Translations under genes and position numbers: made by a program
Shown: in pieces, positions 1 to 8,505 of the stretch
Layout: the number at the start of each line of letters is the position of its first letter
Position numbering within the stretch: the first letter of the stretch is position 1
Notes under the pieces: model-generated
What the model was told of the DNA's origin: nothing
The model's database searches: none
What the model saw: the letters and a program-made list of their open reading frames with translations, nothing else
IMG/VR virus record: IMGVR_UViG_3300037461_000730
Location: 1-37,075 of that record
Origin: a virus
Lineage: Duplodnaviria > Caudoviricetes
Reading direction: 5' to 3' (one strand)
Length of the DNA: 37,075 nt

Positions 1-2
1 AT

Positions 3-350
3 GAGTCTGGCGAAGAGTTCAGCGGTGGCGTGACCTTCGTTCCTGTGACCAAGAATGACGCCCACGGGTACGGGTCCGCTTTGACATACGCCAGACGCTA
101 TGGCTTGATGGCAGCGTGTGGAATCGCCCCGGAAGACGACGACGGAAACGCCGCTGTAAAGGGCAAGGGAGACTATGACTTTGCCGCAGCGCTGAACCGC
201 GCGGAAACTGCCGACAAGGTAGAAGCCGCCCGGGAGGCAGTCGCCGAAGCCCGGGCCATGGCTATCAAGCTCAAGGACGCATCGGCAGCGAAGGCAATCG
301 CCGAAGTCCAGAAGCGCCTCGCAGCCAAGTTCGCAGGGGAAGCGAAGTGA
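3..350 (+). CDS. erf: ERF-family ssDNA annealing protein (5' truncated at window edge)
   Basis: Frame open from the window start (ESGEEF...); ERF signature GSALTYARRYGL-x4-GIAPEDDDG. Confidence 0.9.
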   Translation, partial: ESGEEFSGGVTFVPVTKNDAHGYGSALTYARRYGLMAACGIAPEDDDGNAAVKGKGDYDFAAALNRAETADKVEAAREAVAEARAMAIKLKDASAAKAIAEVQKRLAAKFAGEAK

Positions 351-964
351 TGGAACAAGATACAACTGCATGGCTGCAGGACCGTGTCGGCATGATCACG
401 GCCTCCCGCATCAAAGACATGATGGCGCAGACAAAATCCGGACCAAGTGCGAGCAGAAAAAACCTCGCCGCAGCATTGATGCTGGAGCGCGTCACTGGCG
501 TTGCCGCAGATTCCTATACCAATGCCGCCATGGAGTGGGGCGTAACAAATGAGCCGCTCGCCAGACTGGCTTATTCGCTCCACACGGGGCAGGATGTCGA
601 GGAGGTAGGGTTCATCCACCACCCGACGATTGCGCGCTCTGGGGCCTCTCCTGACGGTCTGGTGACCCTCGAGGGCATGGTGGAGATCAAGTGCGGCAAC
701 ACCGCCACCCACGTCGCTTGGGCGATCGCCGGAGTGGTACCGCCTGAGCATGTTCCCCAGATGCAATGGCAGATGGCCTGCTGCAACCGGGGGTGGAATG
801 ACTTCGTCAGCTTCGACCCCCGCATGCCGGAAGGCCAGCAATTGTTCATCCGCACCCTGTACCGGGACAACGATTACATCGCCAAGCTCGAGCAGGAGGT
901 GGTCAAATTCGACGCCGAGATCGAGCAGATGATTGCCGACCTTGGCATGGTGAAGTGGTACTAA
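347..964 (+). CDS. YqaJ/lambda-exonuclease family recombination nuclease
   Basis: W-x3-R-x-G-x-ITAS, AMEWG-x2-NEP, GASPDGL, VEIKC, QMQWQM motifs; overlaps ERF stop. Confidence 0.92.
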   Translation: MMEQDTTAWLQDRVGMITASRIKDMMAQTKSGPSASRKNLAAALMLERVTGVAADSYTNAAMEWGVTNEPLARLAYSLHTGQDVEEVGFIHHPTIARSGASPDGLVTLEGMVEIKCGNTATHVAWAIAGVVPPEHVPQMQWQMACCNRGWNDFVSFDPRMPEGQQLFIRTLYRDNDYIAKLEQEVVKFDAEIEQMIADLGMVKWY

Positions 965-995
965 AACCTACTAATTTAGTGAAGGAGTAGTAGAC

Positions 996-1403
996 ATGAA
1001 TTCATGGGCGATATCAGGAAATTTGGGGCGCGATGCGGAATCCCGTTTCACCCCGTCCGGCGACGCAGTCACCTCATTCTCGGTGGCGGTCAAGGCCGGC
1101 TTCGGAGAGAAGGCCACAACCACATGGGTCAACTGCACCATGTGGGGCAAGCGCGGCGAAGCGATCGCCCAGTACCTGAAGAAGGGGACTCTGGTCGGTG
1201 TCGTCGGCGAGGCCTCTCTGCGGGAGTGGCAAGACAAGGAAGGCCAGAAGCGTACCGTCCTCGAGGTCCGGGTGAATGACCTGACCCTGCTCGGGAAGCA
1301 GGAGCGGCAGCAGGATCCGCAGCAGGAGCGTCCGCAGGAACAGCCCCCGGCCAAGAAGCCAGTGCCCGGGTTCGATGATTTTGCCGATGACGTGCCTTTT
1401 TGA
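996..1403 (+). CDS. ssb: Single-stranded DNA-binding protein
   Basis: GNLGRDAE-x-RFTPSG OB-fold start, YLKKG-x2-V-x-V-x-G, acidic tail DDFADDVPF; AAGGAG RBS. Confidence 0.96.
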   Translation: MNSWAISGNLGRDAESRFTPSGDAVTSFSVAVKAGFGEKATTTWVNCTMWGKRGEAIAQYLKKGTLVGVVGEASLREWQDKEGQKRTVLEVRVNDLTLLGKQERQQDPQQERPQEQPPAKKPVPGFDDFADDVPF

Positions 1404-1414
1404 GGACAGCCAAG

Positions 1415-1645
1415 ATGACCGATGAAATCAAGCCGGCGCGTCAGCGCGTCACCCCGAGCTTCGCCAAGTGGGAAGCACCCGCCAAGTTCCTGCGGACTTC
1501 GCCCCCGGAGCATCGCAACATCCCGTTTGCCGACGACAAGGACTACATCAAGGCCGACAAGTTCGACCGGGCTGTGGCGTGGGCCTTGGGCTTCGGCGTC
1601 GTGGTTATCATCGGCATAACTGCGTGGGAATGGTACGTGAAATGA
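1415..1645 (+). CDS. Hypothetical protein with C-terminal transmembrane segment
   Basis: GAGGA RBS; hydrophobic AVAWALGFGVVVIIGITAW; stop overlaps next ATG. Confidence 0.6.
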   Translation: MTDEIKPARQRVTPSFAKWEAPAKFLRTSPPEHRNIPFADDKDYIKADKFDRAVAWALGFGVVVIIGITAWEWYVK

Positions 1646-1902
1646 GCGACTCAACTAAACTCATTACCATTGGCGACACCGCTGGCCCGGATGTAACAGA
1701 CACGGACACCTTGCTTGCTCTCGCCGGGCAAACCGGGGAAACCAGCCTACACAGGCTGTCGAACGGGTGGCGTTGCTCGATTGAACTGCCGACTGTGCTG
1801 GCAGGGGCGCAGTTCAAGGTAGGGTCCGAATTCGGCCACCCAAATGCCCGCAGTGCCATCATCGAATGCCTTGCCCGCGTCAAGGAGGCGCTGAAGAAAT
1901 GA
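1642..1902 (+). CDS. Hypothetical protein (MSDSTKL...)
   Basis: ATGA overlaps at both ends; start reassigned from the ORF-track 1468. Confidence 0.6.
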   Translation: MSDSTKLITIGDTAGPDVTDTDTLLALAGQTGETSLHRLSNGWRCSIELPTVLAGAQFKVGSEFGHPNARSAIIECLARVKEALKK

Positions 1903-2291
1903 TTAAATGCAGACTGTGTGGAGCGAGGCAAGGGCAGAACAGTATTTTAGTTTGCGTTAACTCGAGTGAAGTCGAGGGTATATGGGAATGCTGGCCGACG
2001 TGCAGCGTCAAGATTCAAATGACCGACTCTGACCAACCAATTGTGTTCAGGAAGGCCAGTTATCTTGAACTGGCAAAGCATCTGAGCCTGAAGCACTGCC
2101 TGACAGTCGGAAACGCCCACCAGACCCTTGCCGACATCTTGCAAGAGGCCATCGAGGCCGAGCGGGCAGCGTGCAAGGCAATCGCGGACGGCTATGGCAA
2201 TCCGCCACTGATTCTGCGCGGGGACTGGAACGGCGGTAAGCGGGCCGCTGGAGTGCTTATTGCAGAAGACATCGCCGGAAGAGGGAAATGA
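1899..2291 (+). CDS. Hypothetical protein (CxxC N-terminus, AERAACK motif)
   Basis: ATGA-coupled to neighbours; AAIEAER-x-AC-type motif common in small phage proteins. Confidence 0.55.
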   Translation: MIKCRLCGARQGQNSILVCVNSSEVEGIWECWPTCSVKIQMTDSDQPIVFRKASYLELAKHLSLKHCLTVGNAHQTLADILQEAIEAERAACKAIADGYGNPPLILRGDWNGGKRAAGVLIAEDIAGRGK

Positions 2292-2488
2292 GCGAATTCC
2301 TCGACAGGGTCCGGCACTTCAACCTGCCTCCCGACAAGCCAGCAGTCACCGCCACCCAGTTGGCCAACCAAGGGAAGTGCTGCGGGAACTGCGCCTACTT
2401 CTCCCACTGGAAGAACGGGCGCTGCACGTTGAAGGACAAGCACACGTCCACTTACAACATATGCGAGAGGCATTCGGACAAGCCATGA
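2288..2488 (+). CDS. Small Cys-rich hypothetical protein
   Basis: CGNC...C...C pattern; ATGA overlaps. Confidence 0.55.
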   Translation: MSEFLDRVRHFNLPPDKPAVTATQLANQGKCCGNCAYFSHWKNGRCTLKDKHTSTYNICERHSDKP

Positions 2489-2604
2489 TTACGTGGATCT
2501 GCGTCTGGTGCAACGTGGAGAAGACCGGAATCCAAGGCTCGCGATTCCGGGTTTTCAAGCGTAAGTTTCGCCGCCGGAAGTGCGCCGACTGTGTCGCGAA
2601 GTAG
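2485..2604 (+). CDS. 39-aa basic zinc-finger-like peptide
   Basis: ATGA overlap; CVWC...CADC; ends 1 nt from the convergent late-operon stop. Confidence 0.4.
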   Translation: MITWICVWCNVEKTGIQGSRFRVFKRKFRRRKCADCVAK

Positions 2605-2605
2605 A

Positions 2606-4288
2606 CTACCGGCGGCGCCGCTTCAGTTCCGCAAGAGCCTCAGACTCCGCTAGCAGGTCTTCAACCGACCCCGTAACCACGGCGCCACGGGATAGGGCTG
2701 AGCGGCTTGGCATCCTGTCAGCAACCGCCCGCCCGGCCCGTGCAAGCCCGGGGGATTGTGCAGCGAAGTCCATCGCCCGCCCGGGCATCCCAGCCAGACG
2801 TCCAGCGTTGTGATAGGCGCCACCGACCAACCGGGGGCTTTCTGCAGCCAGCGCAGCGAACCACCCCGGATGAATGGCCATCCCGGCCATGACGGAAGCC
2901 GGCGCAATCGTGGCGCCCTGAATGCCACGGGGCATCCATTCGGAGTTCGCCAGTCCAGCCATGGCGGGGAGAAGCTGCTTCCCAGATGCCTCTTCAAGGT
3001 CTTGGGCGAGCTTGATCCTGTGACCGTATGCGGTATTGACGTTGTTCCGCGTCAGCGAGGTGAGCTTTCTCAGGGCAGTGTCAGTCGAGGTCTTCCCGCC
3101 AAGGCTCAAGGTTTTCTGGATTTCCTTGATTTGGTCCATGCCATCGGAATACTTCCGCATGGCCTTTTCATAGGAGGGATCCTGCTTGGCGATTTCACGC
3201 TTGATGCTGTTCCGCATGTTGCCAATCATCCGCGATTGCTGGGTGTGCATCGGGGAGTCTGGCACGATGTTGCTGACGGCCTGCTTCAGGGCGTCCAAAT
3301 CGGCGACGGTAGGGTTCGGGTGGGTCTGCTTGAACTCGGAGATTGTCTCGCCGATTCTCGTCAGGACCGCTTCGTCCGGCCGCCCGATTTTCGAGAAGCC
3401 CTTGCCGGTCTGGGTACTGGCGACCAGCGACCTGTAGGAGGCCTCAATCGGCGCCAGATTCAGCGGGACAGGATTGCCAGCCCACCCCGCGCGCGCCGCG
3501 TTGTAGGCGGCGCTGGCGTCGTCGTAAAGTGTCTCCACGGCGTCGCGAGCATTCTGGACAACCGTTTCGCCGCTGATATTGCCCTTCGCGGTTTCCCGGT
3601 ACGTCGTCCCAGCTTCTCCGCCCTGCTTCCCGGCTTGGTAGGCGATATCCAATGCCTCTGGACCGACTCCGGTCGTTTTGCCGAGCGCCTGCTTTATTGC
3701 GCCAGCGCCGACTTCGGCCGTTTTGGATACGCCCTTCGCTGCCAGTGCAAGCGGGTCGGTCCATTTCGCCGCCGTCGCGAGCTTCGGCACGACCGCCGAG
3801 CCGCCAGTGAAGACCGTGGAGAGATCCGCCATCGCCCCCACGGGGTCAGTGGCGAGGGTCTTCTTGATCTGCTCCGCGCCGCCGTACCGGCCTTTCAGGG
3901 CCTCCCATGCGGCAGCAGCCATTTCGTCCTGCCGCTTCGTGTCCTCGTTGCCGGGAGCCTCGAGCCCCGGGAGGATGGCCCGCAGTCCTGCGCGGACAGC
4001 GCCGGCCCCAAGGTTCCCAGCCGCCTTCACTGTTTCAAGCGGGGAGGTCACTGCATCGTAGATGCCCCCTACGAGCTTCGCAGCGCTCGCAGGAGCGTTT
4101 CCAAGGGCCTCGATAGGCACATCCCCCCATTGACGCGCCGGAGCCTCCTGTGGGGCCGCTGGAGGGGCTTGCTGGGCATTCTGGGGTCCTGCTTGAGCGA
4201 GCATTGCGGCCAACCGCGTTGCAGCCTCAGTATCTCCGGCGGCATCGGCATTGCGGAGTGCCCCAAGAAGCTCTTCTCTCGTCGCCAT
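2606..4288 (-). CDS. Internal virion / DNA ejection protein
   Basis: Ala/Gly-rich 560 aa; N-terminal ALRNADAAGD-x2-AA-x-RLA motif typical of podovirus ejection proteins; last gene of the late operon. Confidence 0.7.
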   Translation of the reverse strand: MATREELLGALRNADAAGDTEAATRLAAMLAQAGPQNAQQAPPAAPQEAPARQWGDVPIEALGNAPASAAKLVGGIYDAVTSPLETVKAAGNLGAGAVRAGLRAILPGLEAPGNEDTKRQDEMAAAAWEALKGRYGGAEQIKKTLATDPVGAMADLSTVFTGGSAVVPKLATAAKWTDPLALAAKGVSKTAEVGAGAIKQALGKTTGVGPEALDIAYQAGKQGGEAGTTYRETAKGNISGETVVQNARDAVETLYDDASAAYNAARAGWAGNPVPLNLAPIEASYRSLVASTQTGKGFSKIGRPDEAVLTRIGETISEFKQTHPNPTVADLDALKQAVSNIVPDSPMHTQQSRMIGNMRNSIKREIAKQDPSYEKAMRKYSDGMDQIKEIQKTLSLGGKTSTDTALRKLTSLTRNNVNTAYGHRIKLAQDLEEASGKQLLPAMAGLANSEWMPRGIQGATIAPASVMAGMAIHPGWFAALAAESPRLVGGAYHNAGRLAGMPGRAMDFAAQSPGLARAGRAVADRMPSRSALSRGAVVTGSVEDLLAESEALAELKRRRR

Positions 4289-4289
4289 G

Positions 4290-5822
4290 TCACCGGGCCC
4301 TGTACTTGTTGATAAGCTCTTCGTCCGACAGCGCCCTTGCCGGGGCCGCCGGGGCTTCTGGTGCCGGGAGTCTCTTGGCGGCGCGCTCCTTCGCGGCCGC
4401 GGCGATGTCGCGGAGGTCCTGCAAAGCCTTCCGGTGCGCCTCAGTGGATTGCGACGTGTTCAGCGTCGTAATTGCCTGAGTTGCCTTCTGGCCTTCGACT
4501 TCCGTGATGGCACCGCCGCCCTTCAGGCTCTGGAAAGCCTGCAGGAACACCTGCCCCTTGATTTGGTCGATGATGAGGTTGTAATCCGCCGGCTCGCTTC
4601 CACGGACCCACGGCACGTAGGATCCGACCCCTGTCGCACTTCTCTGGCCGGGGTGATTCAGCGCCGTGTCGATCGCGGCGATTGCTTGGTCAGCAGTCTG
4701 GATTTCCTTCGGCGCGTCAAGCGTCGCTTGCACTCCGGACTTGCCCTTGAGTTCCCCTTCGGCCTTGCTTTGCGAAACAGCACCCTGAAATGCTGGGGTC
4801 TTGGATTCGACATTGAATGGGGTCATCCCGGCGGGGACTTCACGAACCTGCCGGCCGCCCCTGTTGTCGGGGACCACCTCGAAATACTTGCCGTCCTTCT
4901 GGTAAATCTGGGGAGCGAATGACGTGGGAGCGGCAATGCCTGCAGTGATTCCTGCGCGAATCATGGCGGCCTGCTCCGGATTCGTCGCCTCGACTCGGTC
5001 GGCGTACTTCAGAAGCTGGTCCTGCTGGTAAAGCTCGCGGTTCGACTTCTCGATGTCGCGGTTCTCCAGCGCCGTCTCGCGCTTGGCTTTCCGGCGAGCT
5101 TCGGCGCGCTTCATCTGCAGGTCAAGGAGTTCGTTGTCGGCCTGATTCCGCTGGCCGTATGCGTTCCCGGCCACTTGAAGACCGTACCCGATATTCGCCA
5201 GTGGATCCGACGAATTCGCCGCGAGCATCGCGATTCCACCCTGAGTCAGCGGGTTCGTCAGCCAGCGCTCGAGAAAACCCTGCTCCCGGGGCTGGTACGT
5301 CACTCCCTCGTAGGGGTCTTCGTACCGTGCCCGTTCCTGATACTGCGGCCGGTAGGAGTCTCTGGTTCTGCGGAGGAGTTCTTCGGGGTCTTCAATCTGG
5401 TATTGCATGGTCTGCTCCTGAGGGGGAGGGTCTTGCATGTTTCCGGCCGGTGCGTCGGTCATCCTCGACCTCACCTGACTCTGGTACTGGGCCAGTGTCG
5501 GCTGGCCCTTCATCGGGGTTCCGCTGCCGTAGTACCTGCGGGTCCGGTCTTCCATCGTCGGGCCGCCGGAAGCATAGAACGGAATCGCGTAATCCGCCTG
5601 CTCTTGGAAGGTCCCGCCCACGGGGAACTTCGGGTGGAACTTCGGGACCACCTGAAACGGCCCCCGCGCATAATCGTTGTGCCGTGGAAGGAATGCACCC
5701 TTCAAGCCTGTGTCGAGACTCCGGCCGGACTCCTGCGCCCAGAGTGACAGGGCCTCTGAGGCGGGGACGTTGTATTCCGCCGCCTTCCTGCGGATGTACT
5801 CTTCAGCTTGTTGCGGGGTCAC
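4290..5822 (-). CDS. DNA ejection protein with N-terminal lytic transglycosylase-like domain
   Basis: AQESG (catalytic Glu), RGPFQV (GxxQ) and YYGSG motifs in the first ~110 aa; C-terminal FQSLKGGGAITEVEG typical of injection proteins. Confidence 0.7.
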   Translation of the reverse strand: MTPQQAEEYIRRKAAEYNVPASEALSLWAQESGRSLDTGLKGAFLPRHNDYARGPFQVVPKFHPKFPVGGTFQEQADYAIPFYASGGPTMEDRTRRYYGSGTPMKGQPTLAQYQSQVRSRMTDAPAGNMQDPPPQEQTMQYQIEDPEELLRRTRDSYRPQYQERARYEDPYEGVTYQPREQGFLERWLTNPLTQGGIAMLAANSSDPLANIGYGLQVAGNAYGQRNQADNELLDLQMKRAEARRKAKRETALENRDIEKSNRELYQQDQLLKYADRVEATNPEQAAMIRAGITAGIAAPTSFAPQIYQKDGKYFEVVPDNRGGRQVREVPAGMTPFNVESKTPAFQGAVSQSKAEGELKGKSGVQATLDAPKEIQTADQAIAAIDTALNHPGQRSATGVGSYVPWVRGSEPADYNLIIDQIKGQVFLQAFQSLKGGGAITEVEGQKATQAITTLNTSQSTEAHRKALQDLRDIAAAAKERAAKRLPAPEAPAAPARALSDEELINKYRAR

Positions 5823-6232
5823 TTTTTCCTCAGTCTCGCGAAGGCGGCCTCACGGTTCGCCGCGAGTTCGGCCAGTGGAAGAATGAACTGCAGCTTGTAC
5901 TCCTGCGGCATGTTCCCGACTCCGGCGCCGCCGGCCCGGACCTGCGGGTCTTTCGGCATTTGCGGCATGCTCCCGGCAGCCTTCCCGACCGCTCCGGCGA
6001 TGTCGCCCCAGTTGGTCCCGGGTTGCTGCTGCTCGAACTGGGGCTGCATGTAGGGCATCTGGGCCGGGCCGATCGCGTCACCGCCCGGGGCAATCCCGAA
6101 TGACGGGGGAGCCATCGAGTTCGGGTTCTGGGTGAATTGGAAATCGTCGTAGGGATTCGGCGCCATGAATCCCCCAGCGGTCGGACCCCACGGGTTCTGC
6201 TGGAAGTCCTGATTACCCCACATTGCCGCCAC
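5819..6232 (-). CDS. Hypothetical virion-associated protein (Pro/Gln/Gly-rich)
   Basis: Overlaps neighbours in the ejection-gene cluster. Confidence 0.55.
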   Translation of the reverse strand: MAAMWGNQDFQQNPWGPTAGGFMAPNPYDDFQFTQNPNSMAPPSFGIAPGGDAIGPAQMPYMQPQFEQQQPGTNWGDIAGAVGKAAGSMPQMPKDPQVRAGGAGVGNMPQEYKLQFILPLAELAANREAAFARLRKK

Positions 6233-6827
6233 CCGGATTCGTGCCCTGATTCGCCGAGAGGAAGGGCATCATTGACATCATGCTGGCATATTGATCCCCT
6301 GACGTCGGGGCCATGGAATTCCCGTATGGGCTTGCCATGGCTCCAGCAGCAGCTTGATTGGCGGCTTGCCCCATCATGTCTCCGACGCCTCCAGCAAACC
6401 CTTTTCCCCTGTTCGCAGGTATCTGGGTTGCGGCTGGCGTTTGGCCTCGCGGCCCCTGCATCATGGAGGACTGGCCAGCATACCTTGCAATGGCTTCTTG
6501 GACAGACCCATTCCCAAGGGCCTGCTGGGCCGCTGGGTTGCCGATGGCGTTGTAGGCGTCCCGCTGGGCAAACATCGCCGTCCGCGGGTCCAGCATCGCC
6601 GGAGTGACCTGCTGGGTCGGGTCGTCTGCCCGCATGCCCCATTCCGGCATCGCGAAATGCCCCTGCATCCACGAAGGCTTTCCGGCCTGCGTGAAGGTCT
6701 GGGGAGTCGGCTGATACCCTTGGTTCTGATACTGCTGGTATCCATTCGACCCCTGATAGCCCCACGGGTCAATCGTAGGCGCCACAACCGGCGCCACCTT
6801 TTCGCTCTTGCTCTTGCCACCACCCAT
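6213..6827 (-). CDS. Hypothetical ejection-type protein (Gln/Gly/Met-rich)
   Basis: AGGAG RBS; MGGGKSK start; low-complexity composition like pilot proteins. Confidence 0.6.
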   Translation of the reverse strand: MGGGKSKSEKVAPVVAPTIDPWGYQGSNGYQQYQNQGYQPTPQTFTQAGKPSWMQGHFAMPEWGMRADDPTQQVTPAMLDPRTAMFAQRDAYNAIGNPAAQQALGNGSVQEAIARYAGQSSMMQGPRGQTPAATQIPANRGKGFAGGVGDMMGQAANQAAAGAMASPYGNSMAPTSGDQYASMMSMMPFLSANQGTNPGGGNVG

Positions 6828-6837
6828 TTCGTTCTCC

Positions 6838-7836
6838 TTATGACCCGTAACCTTGGGAAGCCATCGAGGCGCCCCCTGCCATCAGAGCCGGATTGCCCGT
6901 GTAGGCGCCACCGACCATCATCGCCGCGCCGCCGATCATCTGGCCGACGTTCCGGCCGCCGCCGCCCTGCGCCTGACCCGTTGAGGTTCCCCGCTGGATA
7001 CCCATCGGCTGGAGCGCATTCAGGTACTCCATGGTGTTCTGGTTCCGGTTGTACGGTTCCTGATACTGGTAGGCGTAGCGGTTCATGGCGTCCTGCAGGG
7101 CCTGCTGCTGGTATTTCTCGACGGTGTTCCCAGCTTGGCCGAGAATCTGGCCGCCTTGGCCTCTCAGCCCCGCCCCAGCGCCGTACATCTGGCCCAGTTG
7201 GCCCATGTAGTTCGCCGGCTGGCCGAGGTTGTTGTGCATCGCTCCCGCTTGACCCAGTGCGTATTGCTGGGCGCCAAGACCCTGCCCGTAGGCGTTGGTC
7301 ATCAGGGCCGTATTCTGCTGCTGCATGTTGTTGAGGGTGCCGGTGATCGCGTTCGACTGCATCAGCCCGTGTCGTCCTGACCCCATGGCATTGACACTCG
7401 CCGCCCCGGAATTGACCTGCGGCATCATCTGCCCCAGCGTCCCCATGGCGGCCATGTTGTTCGCCCGGAGTTGGTTCTGGATATAGGGGTTGTTGGCGAC
7501 GTCGGCGGCGTTCGAGAGGAAGCCGTAATTCTGCATCGCCTGATTGTTCACCCCGTACATCCCCGGGACTGCGCCATACCCAGCCAGTGCAGCACCCTGC
7601 ACCATGTCACCAGCCGTGCCGTACTCTTGGCCAGCCTGCGCGCCCATCCCGATACCTTGCTGGGTCAGCCCTGAAGGCCCGATGTAGGTCTGGCCGGGGA
7701 AGTACCCGACCGGGGCATCCATCTGGTTCTGCATAGACCCGGCGAGGTAGCCGTACCCCGGCGCCGCAGCAGCATTCGGAGTGAATCCGGACACCTGCTC
7801 GTTGGTTTGCGTTTGTGGCTTCGAGCTTCCGCCCAT
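6838..7836 (-). CDS. DNA transfer / pilot protein (P22 gp7-like position and composition)
   Basis: MGGSSKPQTQT start, NPYIQ, GSGRHG, Q/G/A-rich, hydrophobic C-terminus. Confidence 0.7.
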   Translation of the reverse strand: MGGSSKPQTQTNEQVSGFTPNAAAAPGYGYLAGSMQNQMDAPVGYFPGQTYIGPSGLTQQGIGMGAQAGQEYGTAGDMVQGAALAGYGAVPGMYGVNNQAMQNYGFLSNAADVANNPYIQNQLRANNMAAMGTLGQMMPQVNSGAASVNAMGSGRHGLMQSNAITGTLNNMQQQNTALMTNAYGQGLGAQQYALGQAGAMHNNLGQPANYMGQLGQMYGAGAGLRGQGGQILGQAGNTVEKYQQQALQDAMNRYAYQYQEPYNRNQNTMEYLNALQPMGIQRGTSTGQAQGGGGRNVGQMIGGAAMMVGGAYTGNPALMAGGASMASQGYGS

Positions 7837-7837
7837 G

Positions 7838-8260
7838 TCAGTCTCCTAAATCAATCTCGAAAACGATTCTCTGGCGGTCCGCGCCGAGTTTCCGGCTCCA
7901 CCCATCCCGGCCGGTGGCAGTCAGGCAATCCGCCCCTGCAGCTTTGGCCATCCGCTTGAAAGTCTCTACGCAGATCAGCCACTGGTCTTCCGTGTTGGGG
8001 TCGGTCCCCATCAGGGTGACATCGATCACCTTCCGTCTCGGGTAGTGGATCTCGGTTGAAACCACTGCCCCGAAGACCGCCTCATCATGGATCAGCGCCC
8101 AGAGAATACAGCGCCCTTCGATGACGGCCTGATAGACGTCCTCTTCGACCCAGTCCCGGTGCGCGCCAGACTTGCCGAGAGCCTGCTTGATGTACGGCTC
8201 GAGGACACTCCACACCCCGGGGAAGCGGGGGTCGACGCGGATGATCAGAGTTTCGCCCAT
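7838..8260 (-). CDS. GNAT-fold virion assembly protein (P22 gp14-like)
   Basis: A-x3-GAD-x-L-x3-GR-x-GW-x-RKL motif; position between tail hub and ejection genes. Confidence 0.7.
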   Translation of the reverse strand: MGETLIIRVDPRFPGVWSVLEPYIKQALGKSGAHRDWVEEDVYQAVIEGRCILWALIHDEAVFGAVVSTEIHYPRRKVIDVTLMGTDPNTEDQWLICVETFKRMAKAAGADCLTATGRDGWSRKLGADRQRIVFEIDLGD

Positions 8261-8505
8261 GTCGTCCCATTGTAGAGGTAAAGGCCCTTCCCGGAGCCGG
8301 GATTCCAGTTGGTCCCGTCGGCATACCTGACCATGCCCTCCTTCACTTTTTCGGGAGGAGCATGGAGGACATCGAAGTCATTCACAGATTCAAAGCCTGC
8401 CTGAATCGACCGCAGTTCCCGCCGGAGCCATTCCGTGAGAATGGCATCCCCGAGATTCGGTACAGCAGATGGCGCATAGCGCGCGTCCTGAGTGCCGCGC
8501 GGCAT
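8245..8505 (-). CDS. Small tail-associated hypothetical protein
   Basis: Start MPRGTQD overlaps upstream stop (TAATG); EGMVRYADGTNWNPGSG-x-GLY-x-Y motif common in podovirus tail regions. Confidence 0.7.
   Translation of the reverse strand: MPRGTQDARYAPSAVPNLGDAILTEWLRRELRSIQAGFESVNDFDVLHAPPEKVKEGMVRYADGTNWNPGSGKGLYLYNGTTWAKL

Noticed and set aside
2756-4312. 518-aa + strand ORF (also 19477-20379, 21923-23161, 17556-18545)
   Set aside because: Antisense shadows of well-supported minus-strand genes
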